64,000 bases of DNA from the sequence record SRR31156797_315; one strand, given 5' to 3'. This document shows positions 39,748 to 48,820 of this stretch, piece after piece. Below the pieces are notes generated by a model. That model saw only the letters and a program-made list of their open reading frames with translations. It searched no databases and was not told the origin of the DNA. Made by a program: the position numbers and the translations under genes. Position 1 is the stretch's first letter. Each line of letters opens with the position of its first letter.

Positions 39748-40455
39748 ATGACGGACGGGATGCCCACAATGCATGTTTATTATTCAGAAGACAAGTTACT
39801 TGCTGCAGTTGATTGCATCATTTTTGGTTTTGATAACGATCAGTTAAAGGTGTTGCTTATTAAACGGGACTTTGAACCGGAAAAAGGTAAATGGTCGTTG
39901 GTTGGTGGTTTTTTGCACAAAGATGAAACCATGGAAACAGCTGCCCAACGGATCCTAAATCTCTACACCGGCCTCGATAATATTTACATGGAACAGGTTG
40001 CAACCTACAGTGATGTTGACAGAGATCCTGAAGAGCGGACAATCTCGACATCATATTACGCTTTGATCAACATCAAGGAATACAGTAATGATCTGATCAG
40101 TGAGTTTTCGGCAAACTGGTTCAGCCTGGATGAAGCGCCACCACTTATTTTTGATCATCAAAAAATGGTAAAGCATGCACTTAACCGGTTGCGTGAACGG
40201 ACAACCACAAGGCCGATCGGGTTTGAGTTACTTCCCGAAAAATTTACCATGCGGCAGTTGCAAAAATTGTACGAAGCCATTTGGGATAAAAAAATGGATA
40301 AACGAAACTTCATCAATAAAATCCGTTCACTTGATATTCTTGTAAAAACTGACGAGAAAGATATGACTTCATCAAAGAAGGGATCTTACCTCTATAAATT
40401 CAATGCAGATCAGTACAAGCGAAGAAATACCAACGGGCATGTGCTGCATTTGTAG
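39748..40455 (+). CDS. NrtR-family Nudix-wHTH transcriptional regulator (AraR-like)
   Basis: VDCIIFGFD..LKVLLIKR..EP.KGKWSLVGGF, RDPEER, LIFDH, IGFELLPEKFTMRQLQKLYEAI..MDKRNF. Confidence 0.9.
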   Translation: MTDGMPTMHVYYSEDKLLAAVDCIIFGFDNDQLKVLLIKRDFEPEKGKWSLVGGFLHKDETMETAAQRILNLYTGLDNIYMEQVATYSDVDRDPEERTISTSYYALINIKEYSNDLISEFSANWFSLDEAPPLIFDHQKMVKHALNRLRERTTTRPIGFELLPEKFTMRQLQKLYEAIWDKKMDKRNFINKIRSLDILVKTDEKDMTSSKKGSYLYKFNADQYKRRNTNGHVLHL

Positions 40456-40620
40456 GTTTTAAAACTAACCAGCCTTTACGGCTTACCAATTTGATTATTT
40501 CCAAATTTTATCTGAAACCATCATTTGGTTTACCTTCCCAATGCATCACAGGTTTTGCTGGATTCTTTTTAATGCTCGACAAAACCAGATAAATACTAAA
40601 TTCAAATAACTAAATACGTG

Positions 40621-40905
40621 ATGAAAAATAAACGGTTTCTGTGCATTATAATGGGTGTAATTGCACTTATGATTATTCCATTGGTCGGTATGCTGCTGTC
40701 GCCGGAAGTTAATTGGAGTATTTTTGATTTCCTCGTGATGGGTATGCTTTTAATGGGTACCGGTTTCATGTTGGAGATTGTTTTGAGGCGGGTAAAAACT
40801 GTGAAAAACCGGATAGCGTTTATTGCGGTAATCGTTGTGGTGTTTTTACTGATCTGGGTTGAACTTGCAGTAGGGGTATTTGGGACGCCCTTGTCGGGAA
40901 TATAA
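40621..40905 (+). CDS. Small membrane protein with three TM segments, function unknown
   Basis: Three hydrophobic segments; EVNWSIFDFLVMG and IWVELAVGVFGTP resemble a common Bacteroidota hypothetical family. Confidence 0.75.
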   Translation: MKNKRFLCIIMGVIALMIIPLVGMLLSPEVNWSIFDFLVMGMLLMGTGFMLEIVLRRVKTVKNRIAFIAVIVVVFLLIWVELAVGVFGTPLSGI

Positions 40906-40953
40906 AAAATGGGGCTGGATAAGAAATGGCAATTCATTTTTTGTTCCAACCCC
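40904..40953 (-). terminator. Probable tkt terminator
   Basis: Long imperfect hairpin GGGGCTGGA...TCCAACCCC with a U-run on the minus strand. Confidence 0.45.
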
Positions 40954-41059
40954 AGAGTATAATACTCATGATGTATAATGTTTCTCTTCCGTTGGTTTTT
41001 AAAAAAGATATGGAATTTATTTTCAGATTTTAAAAACCACCGTAAACGTTTTTAACGGT

Positions 41060-43093
41060 TTACATCAATTTTTCCTTAACCTGATTAAATACGTTCTCAC
41101 TGGTATAACCCAATTTTTCGTCCAGTACAGTATAAGGAGCCGAAAATCCAAATGATTTCATTCCGCATACAATGCCGTCAGCACCAACAAGGCCTTCGAG
41201 GGTTACCGGCAATCCGGCTGTCAGTCCAAACTTTTTAACCCCTGGTGGTAGCACCTGTTCCTGGTAATCCATGGATTGTTGTCTGAATAATCCTTCTGAC
41301 GGAGCTGAAACCACCCTGCATTTAACCCCTTCTTTTTCCAGCAATTCAGCGCCACCTATCAATGTGCTCACCTCAGAACCATTTGCCAGTAAAATAACAT
41401 CCGGCTTTCCTTCACTGTCTTTCACAATGTATGCGCCTTTTGCCGATTTCATTGCTTCATTGTAGCGAGATTCTAAAGCAGGCAAATCATTAATTCCCTG
41501 TCTCGAAAGAATAAGGGCAGTTGGTGTATGGGTATTTTCCAGTGCCAGTTTCCAGGCAACGCTAGTTTCGCTACCATCGGCCGGGCGCAATACCAGCATT
41601 GAATTTCTGTGGCTGTGATTTTGCAATTTTTCCAGGAGCCTGATTTGTGCTTCCTGTTCAACAGGCTGGTGTGTCGGGCCATCTTCACCCACACGGAAAG
41701 CGTCGTGTGACCATACATATTTTACAGGAAGTTCCTGCAGCGCAGCCAACCTTATAGCTGGTTTCATGTAATCGCTAAAAACGAAGAAGGTACCGCAAAC
41801 TGCGATTACTCCGCCATGGAGTGCCATACCGTTTATGATCGCGGCCATCGTAAGCTCGCTAACACCTGCCTGGAAAAAGTTTCCGCTAAAGTCTCCTTTT
41901 TTAAAAGAGGTGGTTTTTTTGAGGAAACCATCAGTTTTGTCTGAATTGGAGAGGTCGGCGGAGGATACAATCATATTTTCAACTTCATCGGCAAAAACCG
42001 AAAGCACAGCTGAAGATGCTCCTCTGGTTGCGCTATTGGCTTTTTGTGGAATGCTTTGGAAGTCTATCTTCGGAATATCACCTGAGAAGAAGCGGATGAA
42101 TTTTCGGGCCAGGTCAGGGTTTTGTTGTTGCCATGATTTTTGTTGGGCTTTCTTTGCCTGGGCTTTTTTTATTAAGTCGTTACGCCTTGCTTCGTAATAT
42201 GTACTAACCTCAGGAAATATACGGAAAGGATTTTCCGGGTCGCCACCCAGGTTTTTGATTGTATTCTCAAAAGATGCTCCGGCATTGCTTAACGGCTGAC
42301 CGTGAGTTGAAGTTTTTCGTTCAAAACTTGATCCTTCGGCGGTAATAGCTCCTTTGCCCATGATTGTCTTACCAATGATCAGGGTTGGTTTTTCTTTTTC
42401 GTTTTGAGCATTTGTCAGAGCTCCCCTGATTTCATCAGGATCATTTCCATTAATGGTTACCACGTTCCAGCCCCAGGCATCATATTTTTTGGCCGTATCT
42501 TCAAAGGTCACTTTATTTGTTTCAGTAGATAGCTGGATATCATTGGAATCGTAAAACATGATCAGGTTGTGTAAGCCAAGAAACCCTGCAATCCTGCCTG
42601 CTCCCTGTGATATTTCCTCCTGGATACCACCGTCAGAAATGAATGTGTAGGTTTTGTGAGCCATCCATTCGCCAAACCTTGCAACAAGAAACCGTTCCAC
42701 AATTGCGGCTCCGACTGCCATCGTGTGGCCCTGCCCTAGTGGTCCTGATGTGTTTTCGATGCCATGGGCAACATCAAGTTCAGGGTGACCGGGAGTAATG
42801 CTACCCCATTGTCTGAAATTTTTGATATCATCCATCGTGAAATAGCCGCACAGGGCAAGTTGTGCATAAAGCATGGGCGACATGTGGCCGGGATCCAGAA
42901 AAAACCTGTCGCGATTTACCCAGTGCAGATCTTCCGGATCATAATTCAGAAATTCTGAATACAGGATGTTGATATAATCGGCGCCACCCATAGCTCCTCC
43001 GGGATGCCCTGATTTTGCACGCTCAACCATCGATGCAGCAAGGATTCGAATGTTATCGGCTGCTTTATTTGTGGTCATGTTTTTGTTTTGCAT
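41060..43093 (-). CDS. tkt: Transketolase
   Basis: SGHPGGAMG, NRDRFFL, TPGHPE, SGPLGQG, SDGGIQE, VGEDGPTHQP and ALILSRQ. Confidence 0.96.
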   Translation of the reverse strand: MQNKNMTTNKAADNIRILAASMVERAKSGHPGGAMGGADYINILYSEFLNYDPEDLHWVNRDRFFLDPGHMSPMLYAQLALCGYFTMDDIKNFRQWGSITPGHPELDVAHGIENTSGPLGQGHTMAVGAAIVERFLVARFGEWMAHKTYTFISDGGIQEEISQGAGRIAGFLGLHNLIMFYDSNDIQLSTETNKVTFEDTAKKYDAWGWNVVTINGNDPDEIRGALTNAQNEKEKPTLIIGKTIMGKGAITAEGSSFERKTSTHGQPLSNAGASFENTIKNLGGDPENPFRIFPEVSTYYEARRNDLIKKAQAKKAQQKSWQQQNPDLARKFIRFFSGDIPKIDFQSIPQKANSATRGASSAVLSVFADEVENMIVSSADLSNSDKTDGFLKKTTSFKKGDFSGNFFQAGVSELTMAAIINGMALHGGVIAVCGTFFVFSDYMKPAIRLAALQELPVKYVWSHDAFRVGEDGPTHQPVEQEAQIRLLEKLQNHSHRNSMLVLRPADGSETSVAWKLALENTHTPTALILSRQGINDLPALESRYNEAMKSAKGAYIVKDSEGKPDVILLANGSEVSTLIGGAELLEKEGVKCRVVSAPSEGLFRQQSMDYQEQVLPPGVKKFGLTAGLPVTLEGLVGADGIVCGMKSFGFSAPYTVLDEKLGYTSENVFNQVKEKLM

Positions 43094-43132
43094 AATGCGT
43101 ATTTAGTTTGAATTCAATAATAATTTGTGTGG

Positions 43133-43171
43133 CAAAAATAAAATACTTTAACAAGTGTAAAAACAACACTT
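43133..43171 (-). promoter_or_regulatory. tkt promoter (-7 element TATTTTTG) with adjacent NrtR/AraR-type operator
   Basis: -7 element at 43133-43140; palindrome AAGTGT-AAAAACA-ACACTT at 43153-43171 (GT-N7-AC core). Confidence 0.7.
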
Positions 43172-43373
43172 AATGAGGTTTTGATAAATTTACTTAAAAA
43201 AACATGGGCTAAAATCGGTATTTTTTTCAGTGCAAAACGTAGGAGAAAAGAAGAATTTTTTTTTTGGCTTTTATCCTGGTTAATTTCCATGATTGAAATT
43301 GATACAAAACTGCCTGAATTAAATAATCATAATAGGTAAAGTATGATACAATCTGTTAAAAACGTAAAGCTGA

Positions 43374-46034
43374 TCAGTGTTGGAAAGATTGTTGTTTGCC
43401 CGATAAATTTACAATTGTTGTAACAAACGGAATCAGGTTGAAGTAGCTTTCCAGTGGCTGACCACCACCTACCGAAAATATGATTTCGCCAGGGTTTAAA
43501 ATCCTGTTCCCGCTATCGTTGATAACGGAAAGTTGTCGGGGCTCAATTTCGAAAGCCAGCTTTTTTGATGTCCCTTTTTTCAGGTGAACCCGCTCAAAAG
43601 CAACCAATGATCGCAAAGCTGTATTTGGATCATTATCCTTATGCGAAGCATAAATCTGCACAACCTCATCACCATCATAATGGCCGGTATTTTTGAGGAT
43701 CACTTCGATTTTTATTTTTTCACCTGTGGAGCATGAATCCTGAACTTTTAAATCCTGGTATTCAAAATTGGTGTAGCTTAAACCGTAGCCAAATGGATAG
43801 AGTGGCGCATCCTCGAAATATTTATAAGTTCGCCCCTGCATGCTGTAATCATCAAAAGGTGGTAGCTGATCTTCAGATTTGTAAATGGTAACCGGCAGGC
43901 GTCCGGCAGGGTTGAAATCCCCAAATAAAACATCTGCAATGGCAGTACCGCCATCCTGCCCCGGATACCAGGCTTCGAGGATCGCCGGAAGATTTTCCTT
44001 GCTCCAGTTGATGCTAATTGCACTACCGTTCATCAACACCATTACGATGTTTGGATTAGCAGCATAAACTTTTTTAAGCAGTTCCTGCTGAACTTTTGGC
44101 AACTCCAGTTTGATGCGGTCACCACCAAAAAAGCCTTCTACCGGCACTTTTTTCTCTTCACCTTCAAGGCGTGGCGTAATGCCCATACACATCACAACCA
44201 CATCTGAAGTTCTGGCAGCTTCGATGGCTTTTTGTACCATGTTTTCCTCAGGCATGTTCCAGATCAACCGAATCTCACTTTCTCCTTCATTTTCTTTTTG
44301 AAGGATTTTCAGATCATAACTTTGGTCGGCTTTCAGATACACTTTTTCGTATTCGGGATAGGACATAAAAATACTGGAACGGCTAACAAGTAGTGAATCG
44401 TCCAGGTAAACTTCGTACTCGGTTCCATATCCACCAATATAATAGTTACCGGTTTTTGGCGGAATGAGTTTTCCGGTCCAGCGAATGGAGAAATTGTTGT
44501 CATCCAGGTTGTCAAGGGGGGCACCTCCCCACCAGTTAAAATTTATCTCTGGATCGATACGGGTGAGTACAGGTTGTCCTTCCATTTCAAAATTGTCGAA
44601 AATTTCAGCTTTTAACCCATTCACCGTTTTACCGTTTTCGATGGTAAAAAGGTATTCCTTTGGAATAACGTGCATGGCAGGAAGATCTTCTGCCCAGTCG
44701 CAACCCTGTTCAAATATAACCTCCGCTTTTCCGGCGAGTTTTTCACGGATGGCCAGTAAAGGTGTTATGGGGTTTGCTGGAGTACCGTTGTAGTTTCCAA
44801 ACATGACTTCCGGACTATCTGCATTGGGCCCGATAACCGCAATCCTTTTAACCCCGGTTTCTTTGATCGGCAGCATTCCGTCATTTTTCAGGAGCACCAT
44901 CGATTTCCGGGCTGCCTCGAGCGATTTTGCCTGGTGGGATTTATCATCCAATACAGAAACCGGGATATTTGACCATGGAACCATTTCCGGAGGATCGAAC
45001 ATGCCGAGCCTGAACCGGGCATGCAAAAGCCTTTTCAAGGCAACATCAACGTTATCTTCGATGATCATGGCAGAGTCAAGTGAATGGCCAAGGTTGCGAT
45101 AAACCTGGCCGCAATTTAAATCCGTCCCGGCTTTTATGGCGATGGCTCCGGCCTCACCTTCACTTTCCGCTGTGGTTTGGTGGGTGATAAAATCGCGCAA
45201 AGCCCAGCAATCAGAAACCACGTATCCTTCAAAGCCCCAGTTTTTCCTGAGCATGTCTTTGAGCAGAAACGTGTTACCGCAACAGGGTAAACCTTTATAA
45301 AGGTTATAGGCACACATCACCGACTCCACTTGACCTTTTATTATGGTGTGGCGAAAATGTGGCAGGTAGGTTTGTTGTAGGTCTCGATCAGAAACTACTG
45401 CATTAAAAGCATGACGGTCGGGTTCAGGTCCGCTGTGTACGGCATAATGTTTTACAGTAGCAACTGTTTTTAAATATTTGGGATGATTACCCTGTAAGCC
45501 ACGAATAAAGCTGGTACCGATAAGTGCTGTAAGATATGGGTCTTCACCATAAGTTTCCTGGCCGCGCCCCCAACGTGGATCGCGAAAAATGTTGATGTTT
45601 GGCGACCAGAAAGTTATGCCCTGGAAAATGCCATGTTTTCCCTGACGCAAATAATCGTGGTATTTGGCACGTGCTTCATCTGAAATGATGTTGGCCATTT
45701 CATAAATCAGCGTGGTGTCCCAGGTTGCAGCCAGCCCGATGGCCTGTGGAAAAACCGTGGCTTTGCCCGATCGTGCTACACCATGCAAACATTCGTTCCA
45801 CCAGTTGTAATCCGGAATGTCAAGTCGTTCAATGGCTGGGGCATCGTATTTCAACTGTGAAATTTTTTCCTCTATTGTCATCCGGGAAATCAAGTCATCA
45901 ACACGTTTATCAAAACTCAGACTGGATTTGAGATAATCGGGTGTGGAAGCTTGATGACAGGAAATGACAAAAACCAAGGGCAGGAACCAGATCAAATGGC
46001 AGGATTTCAACGTTTTACGAATCTGTTTTATCAT
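43374..46034 (-). CDS. GH3 beta-xylosidase/beta-glucosidase with inserted PA14 domain, probable lipoprotein
   Basis: WWNECLHGV, RDPRWGRGQETYGEDP, KHYAVHSGPE, GYVVSDC (nucleophile), PA14-like FSIRWTG and FN3-like C-terminus; start moved to MIKQIRK (lipobox VISC). Confidence 0.93.
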   Translation of the reverse strand: MIKQIRKTLKSCHLIWFLPLVFVISCHQASTPDYLKSSLSFDKRVDDLISRMTIEEKISQLKYDAPAIERLDIPDYNWWNECLHGVARSGKATVFPQAIGLAATWDTTLIYEMANIISDEARAKYHDYLRQGKHGIFQGITFWSPNINIFRDPRWGRGQETYGEDPYLTALIGTSFIRGLQGNHPKYLKTVATVKHYAVHSGPEPDRHAFNAVVSDRDLQQTYLPHFRHTIIKGQVESVMCAYNLYKGLPCCGNTFLLKDMLRKNWGFEGYVVSDCWALRDFITHQTTAESEGEAGAIAIKAGTDLNCGQVYRNLGHSLDSAMIIEDNVDVALKRLLHARFRLGMFDPPEMVPWSNIPVSVLDDKSHQAKSLEAARKSMVLLKNDGMLPIKETGVKRIAVIGPNADSPEVMFGNYNGTPANPITPLLAIREKLAGKAEVIFEQGCDWAEDLPAMHVIPKEYLFTIENGKTVNGLKAEIFDNFEMEGQPVLTRIDPEINFNWWGGAPLDNLDDNNFSIRWTGKLIPPKTGNYYIGGYGTEYEVYLDDSLLVSRSSIFMSYPEYEKVYLKADQSYDLKILQKENEGESEIRLIWNMPEENMVQKAIEAARTSDVVVMCMGITPRLEGEEKKVPVEGFFGGDRIKLELPKVQQELLKKVYAANPNIVMVLMNGSAISINWSKENLPAILEAWYPGQDGGTAIADVLFGDFNPAGRLPVTIYKSEDQLPPFDDYSMQGRTYKYFEDAPLYPFGYGLSYTNFEYQDLKVQDSCSTGEKIKIEVILKNTGHYDGDEVVQIYASHKDNDPNTALRSLVAFERVHLKKGTSKKLAFEIEPRQLSVINDSGNRILNPGEIIFSVGGGQPLESYFNLIPFVTTIVNLSGKQQSFQH

Positions 46035-46167
46035 ATCTACATTAATACTGGTTAATTGACTGCAAATTAATTGTTTTTTTAAGTTCCTGACTTGTTTTAC
46101 ACGATGATTATTCAGTTCTCGCAGATCAGTACAGATCAGCACGATAGATCTGTGAACATCATCCCAA

Positions 46168-46206
46168 AAAACAAAAGCCCTGAAAGCGATAGTTTTCAGG
46201 GCTTTG
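46168..46206 (-). terminator. Intrinsic terminator between divergent genes
   Basis: AAAGCCCTGAAA-loop-TTTCAGGGCTTT with an A-run on its left (U-run on the minus strand). Confidence 0.7.
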
Positions 46207-46219
46207 TAGGTTCAGGTTA

Positions 46220-46236
46220 TAGCCCCACAAGGAATC
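46220..46236 (-). other. tRNA 3'-end-like fragment, possible att site
   Basis: Minus strand GATT-CCTTG-TGGGGCT-A fits tRNA positions 57-73; followed by a terminator. Confidence 0.35.
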
Positions 46237-46257
46237 CTTCTATGCCAGTTATTACAA

Positions 46258-46277
46258 ATGTTACATCCATGTAACAT
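46258..46277. promoter_or_regulatory. Palindromic candidate operator upstream of the fructan PUL
   Basis: ATGTTACAT-CC-ATGTAACAT perfect inverted repeat; TACTTTTG -7 element at 46358-46365. Confidence 0.45.
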
Positions 46278-46412
46278 CTCTTGTATTTTAAGGCTTTTGG
46301 TATCATTTGTAGCGATAATGGTAACATCTGTATTACCGGAAACGGCCCACCTGATCCTACTTTTGGCTCATCAATTTCAAGCGAATATGCTAACAATTAA
46401 AATATTAAACAG

Positions 46413-47771
46413 ATGAGCAAAAGATACACGAAAATCAGAACCATGGCCATCATCGCCGCGCTGGGAGGATTTCTTTTTGGTTATGACATTGCCATGATTT
46501 CGGGTACGACTATTTATCTTCAAAGTGAGTTTGGGCTTAACGACCTGTGGCTGGGATTCACCGTGATGATAGCTGTGGTTGGTACAATCATCGGCACCAT
46601 AATAATTGGTAATGTGGGTGACAAATTCGGAAGAAAACAAAGTATGCAAACTCTCGCCCTGCTTTATGCAATTTCTGCAGCGGGAAGTGCCCTCGCACCG
46701 TATTGGGAAGTTTTGTTGGTGTTTCGTTTGATTGCAGGTATTTGTGTGGGCGGGATATCGGTACTGGCTCCCATGTACATTGCCGAAATATCGCCCTCAC
46801 AAATCCGTGGCCGGTTGGTATTGCTGAATCAACTCAACGTGGTTACGGCAATTTTTGTAGCCTATTTTGTAAATTACTTTATCAACAGGCACGTGGGGGT
46901 TGATCCCTGGCGATGGATGATAGGAGCAGAGATGGTTCCGGGCTTGTTGTTTTTCGGCCTGCTGTTTAAAATCCCGGCCAGCCCGAGATTGCTCATGCTG
47001 AAAGGAAAGGTTGAAGAAGCCAGGCAGGTGCTGGAAGGCCTGAACTTTGGCCGCGTAAACGAGGAAATTGCCGACATTCAGCACGCATTGGATCGTTCAA
47101 GCAAGCTTGACAATGTGAAGCTTTTTACGAAAGACAACCGTTTCCCGGTAATTGCCACCATTTTGATTGCCATGTTCAACCAGCTCTCTGGTATCAATGC
47201 CATCATATATTATGCCCCACGAATTTTTGAACAAACCGGCCTGGGTAGCGATGCCGCACTGATGCAGTCCATAGCCATAGGTGGTACCAACCTGATATTT
47301 ACCTTAATTGCCCTTACCATCATCGACCGTTTTGGACGCAGGAACCTGCTTATGACCGGTTCGGTGGGGATGGTATTTTTTCTTGGTATGATTGCACGGG
47401 CCTTTTATCTGCAGGAGTTCGGGAGTTTCCTGGTGATGTTTTACCTGATAGGTTACATCGCGTTTTTTGCCATTTCGCAGGGGGCCATTTTATGGGTGTT
47501 CATTTCCGAGATTTTCCCTAATCATGTGCGCAGCAAAGGACAGGCACTCGGATCGTTTGTACATTGGCTGCTTACCGGAATTTTAGCACTGGTCTTCCCG
47601 GTTGTAGCGGCCATGCCCTCGATAGGTGGCGGCCCAATATTTACATTCTTCACGCTAATGATGGCTTTCCAGTTTTTCTTTGCCTGGAAGGTGATTCCGG
47701 AAACCAAAGGACGTTCACTTGAAGAAATCCAGGAAGACCTCGCTAAGCGCCGTGCCCCTAAAGTAGGGTGA
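46413..47771 (+). CDS. MFS sugar porter family transporter (probable fructose uptake)
   Basis: GGFLFGYD, GDKFGRK, PMYIAEISP..RGRL, QLSGINAIIYYAPRIF, DRFGRR and PETKGRSLE. Confidence 0.93.
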   Translation: MSKRYTKIRTMAIIAALGGFLFGYDIAMISGTTIYLQSEFGLNDLWLGFTVMIAVVGTIIGTIIIGNVGDKFGRKQSMQTLALLYAISAAGSALAPYWEVLLVFRLIAGICVGGISVLAPMYIAEISPSQIRGRLVLLNQLNVVTAIFVAYFVNYFINRHVGVDPWRWMIGAEMVPGLLFFGLLFKIPASPRLLMLKGKVEEARQVLEGLNFGRVNEEIADIQHALDRSSKLDNVKLFTKDNRFPVIATILIAMFNQLSGINAIIYYAPRIFEQTGLGSDAALMQSIAIGGTNLIFTLIALTIIDRFGRRNLLMTGSVGMVFFLGMIARAFYLQEFGSFLVMFYLIGYIAFFAISQGAILWVFISEIFPNHVRSKGQALGSFVHWLLTGILALVFPVVAAMPSIGGGPIFTFFTLMMAFQFFFAWKVIPETKGRSLEEIQEDLAKRRAPKVG

Positions 47772-47773
47772 AA

Positions 47774-47893
47774 GAGAAGGTAGAGGTGAGATCTGAGGTG
47801 GGAGTTTAGAGTTACCAGTTACGAATTTCGAATAACCAATAACGCATAACCTATAACCAATAACGCATAACGAATAACCAATAACGATTAACA
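47774..47893. repeat. Intergenic degenerate heptamer tandem repeats
   Basis: 7-nt periodic array: GAGNNNN-type units, then NATAACN units (aataacc aataacg cataacc tataacc aataacg cataacg aataacc aataacg). Confidence 0.8.
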
Positions 47894-47912
47894 AACAACA
47901 AATAGCCAAACG

Positions 47913-48803
47913 ATGAAACTGAAAAACAACAAAGTGCTTTGTGTGGGTGAGGTGCTCTGGGACAAGTTGCCCAGCGGGCCAAAACCCGGCGGGGCACCCA
48001 TGAATGTTGCCATACACCTGAAGAAATTCGGGATTGATGTGGCCATGGCCAGCAGGGTAGGTAAGGATGAGGATGGCCGCAAGCTCCGCGATTTTATCGA
48101 AGCATCCGGGTTGTCAACCTCTAATATCCAAACAGATGATGAGCTGGAAACCAGCCAGGTTTTAGTACATCTCGATGAAAACAACAACGCAACCTATGAG
48201 ATTTGCGAGCCGGTGGCCTGGGATAATTTACAGCTTACCGACGCATTGCAAACTAAAGCCGCCGAATCTGGGGTGATCGTTTTTGGAACCCTCGCCTCAA
48301 GAAATCGAACCACCCGCGAAACCGTGTTATCGGTACTCGAAACGGACGCTGTTAAACTGGTGGACATTAACCTGCGGCAGCCTTATGACAAGCAGGAACT
48401 TGTTGAAACCATGCTCCGGAAAGCGGATGTAGCCAAACTGAATGATGAAGAAATTGTCGTTATAGCGCAGTGGCATAACAAACACAAGCACGACGAAAGA
48501 AGTCTGATTAAGTGGATGGCCTCCGAGTACGATTGTGAGATGGTGGTTGTTACACGTGGCGACCATGGAGCTATTGCTTATCAGGATGGCGAATTTTACG
48601 AACATCCAGGATTTAAGGTTAAGGCTGTTGATACGGTAGGGTCTGGAGATGCCTTTTTGGCCGGCTTTACTGCATCGCTCATTCAGGGGAAATCAACAAA
48701 AGACGCGCTTGCATATGCCTGTGCCACCGGGGCTTTTGTGGCAAAACAAACCGGTGGCACGCCGGATTATAGTATAGATGATATAAAAATGATTATTAAC
48801 TAA
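47913..48803 (+). CDS. PfkB-family carbohydrate kinase, probable fructokinase
   Basis: GEVLWD..GGAPMNVA, DINLR, KLNDEE, VTRGDHGA and DTVGSGDAF; located in a GH32 locus. Confidence 0.9.
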   Translation: MKLKNNKVLCVGEVLWDKLPSGPKPGGAPMNVAIHLKKFGIDVAMASRVGKDEDGRKLRDFIEASGLSTSNIQTDDELETSQVLVHLDENNNATYEICEPVAWDNLQLTDALQTKAAESGVIVFGTLASRNRTTRETVLSVLETDAVKLVDINLRQPYDKQELVETMLRKADVAKLNDEEIVVIAQWHNKHKHDERSLIKWMASEYDCEMVVVTRGDHGAIAYQDGEFYEHPGFKVKAVDTVGSGDAFLAGFTASLIQGKSTKDALAYACATGAFVAKQTGGTPDYSIDDIKMIIN

Positions 48804-48820
48804 TATAAAAATTAGCATGT

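Noticed and set aside
40602-40949. 115-aa minus-strand ORF
   Set aside because: Shadow of the plus-strand membrane protein gene.
46035-46142. N-terminal extension of the GH3 in the ORF track
   Set aside because: It would bury the signal peptide and lipobox; the ATG at 46034 fits better.
47831-47893. Heptamer array as a CRISPR array
   Set aside because: Units are 7 nt, contiguous and have no spacers.
47715-48017. 100-aa minus-strand ORF with VIGY repeats
   Set aside because: Translation artefact of the heptamer array; overlaps two real plus-strand genes.
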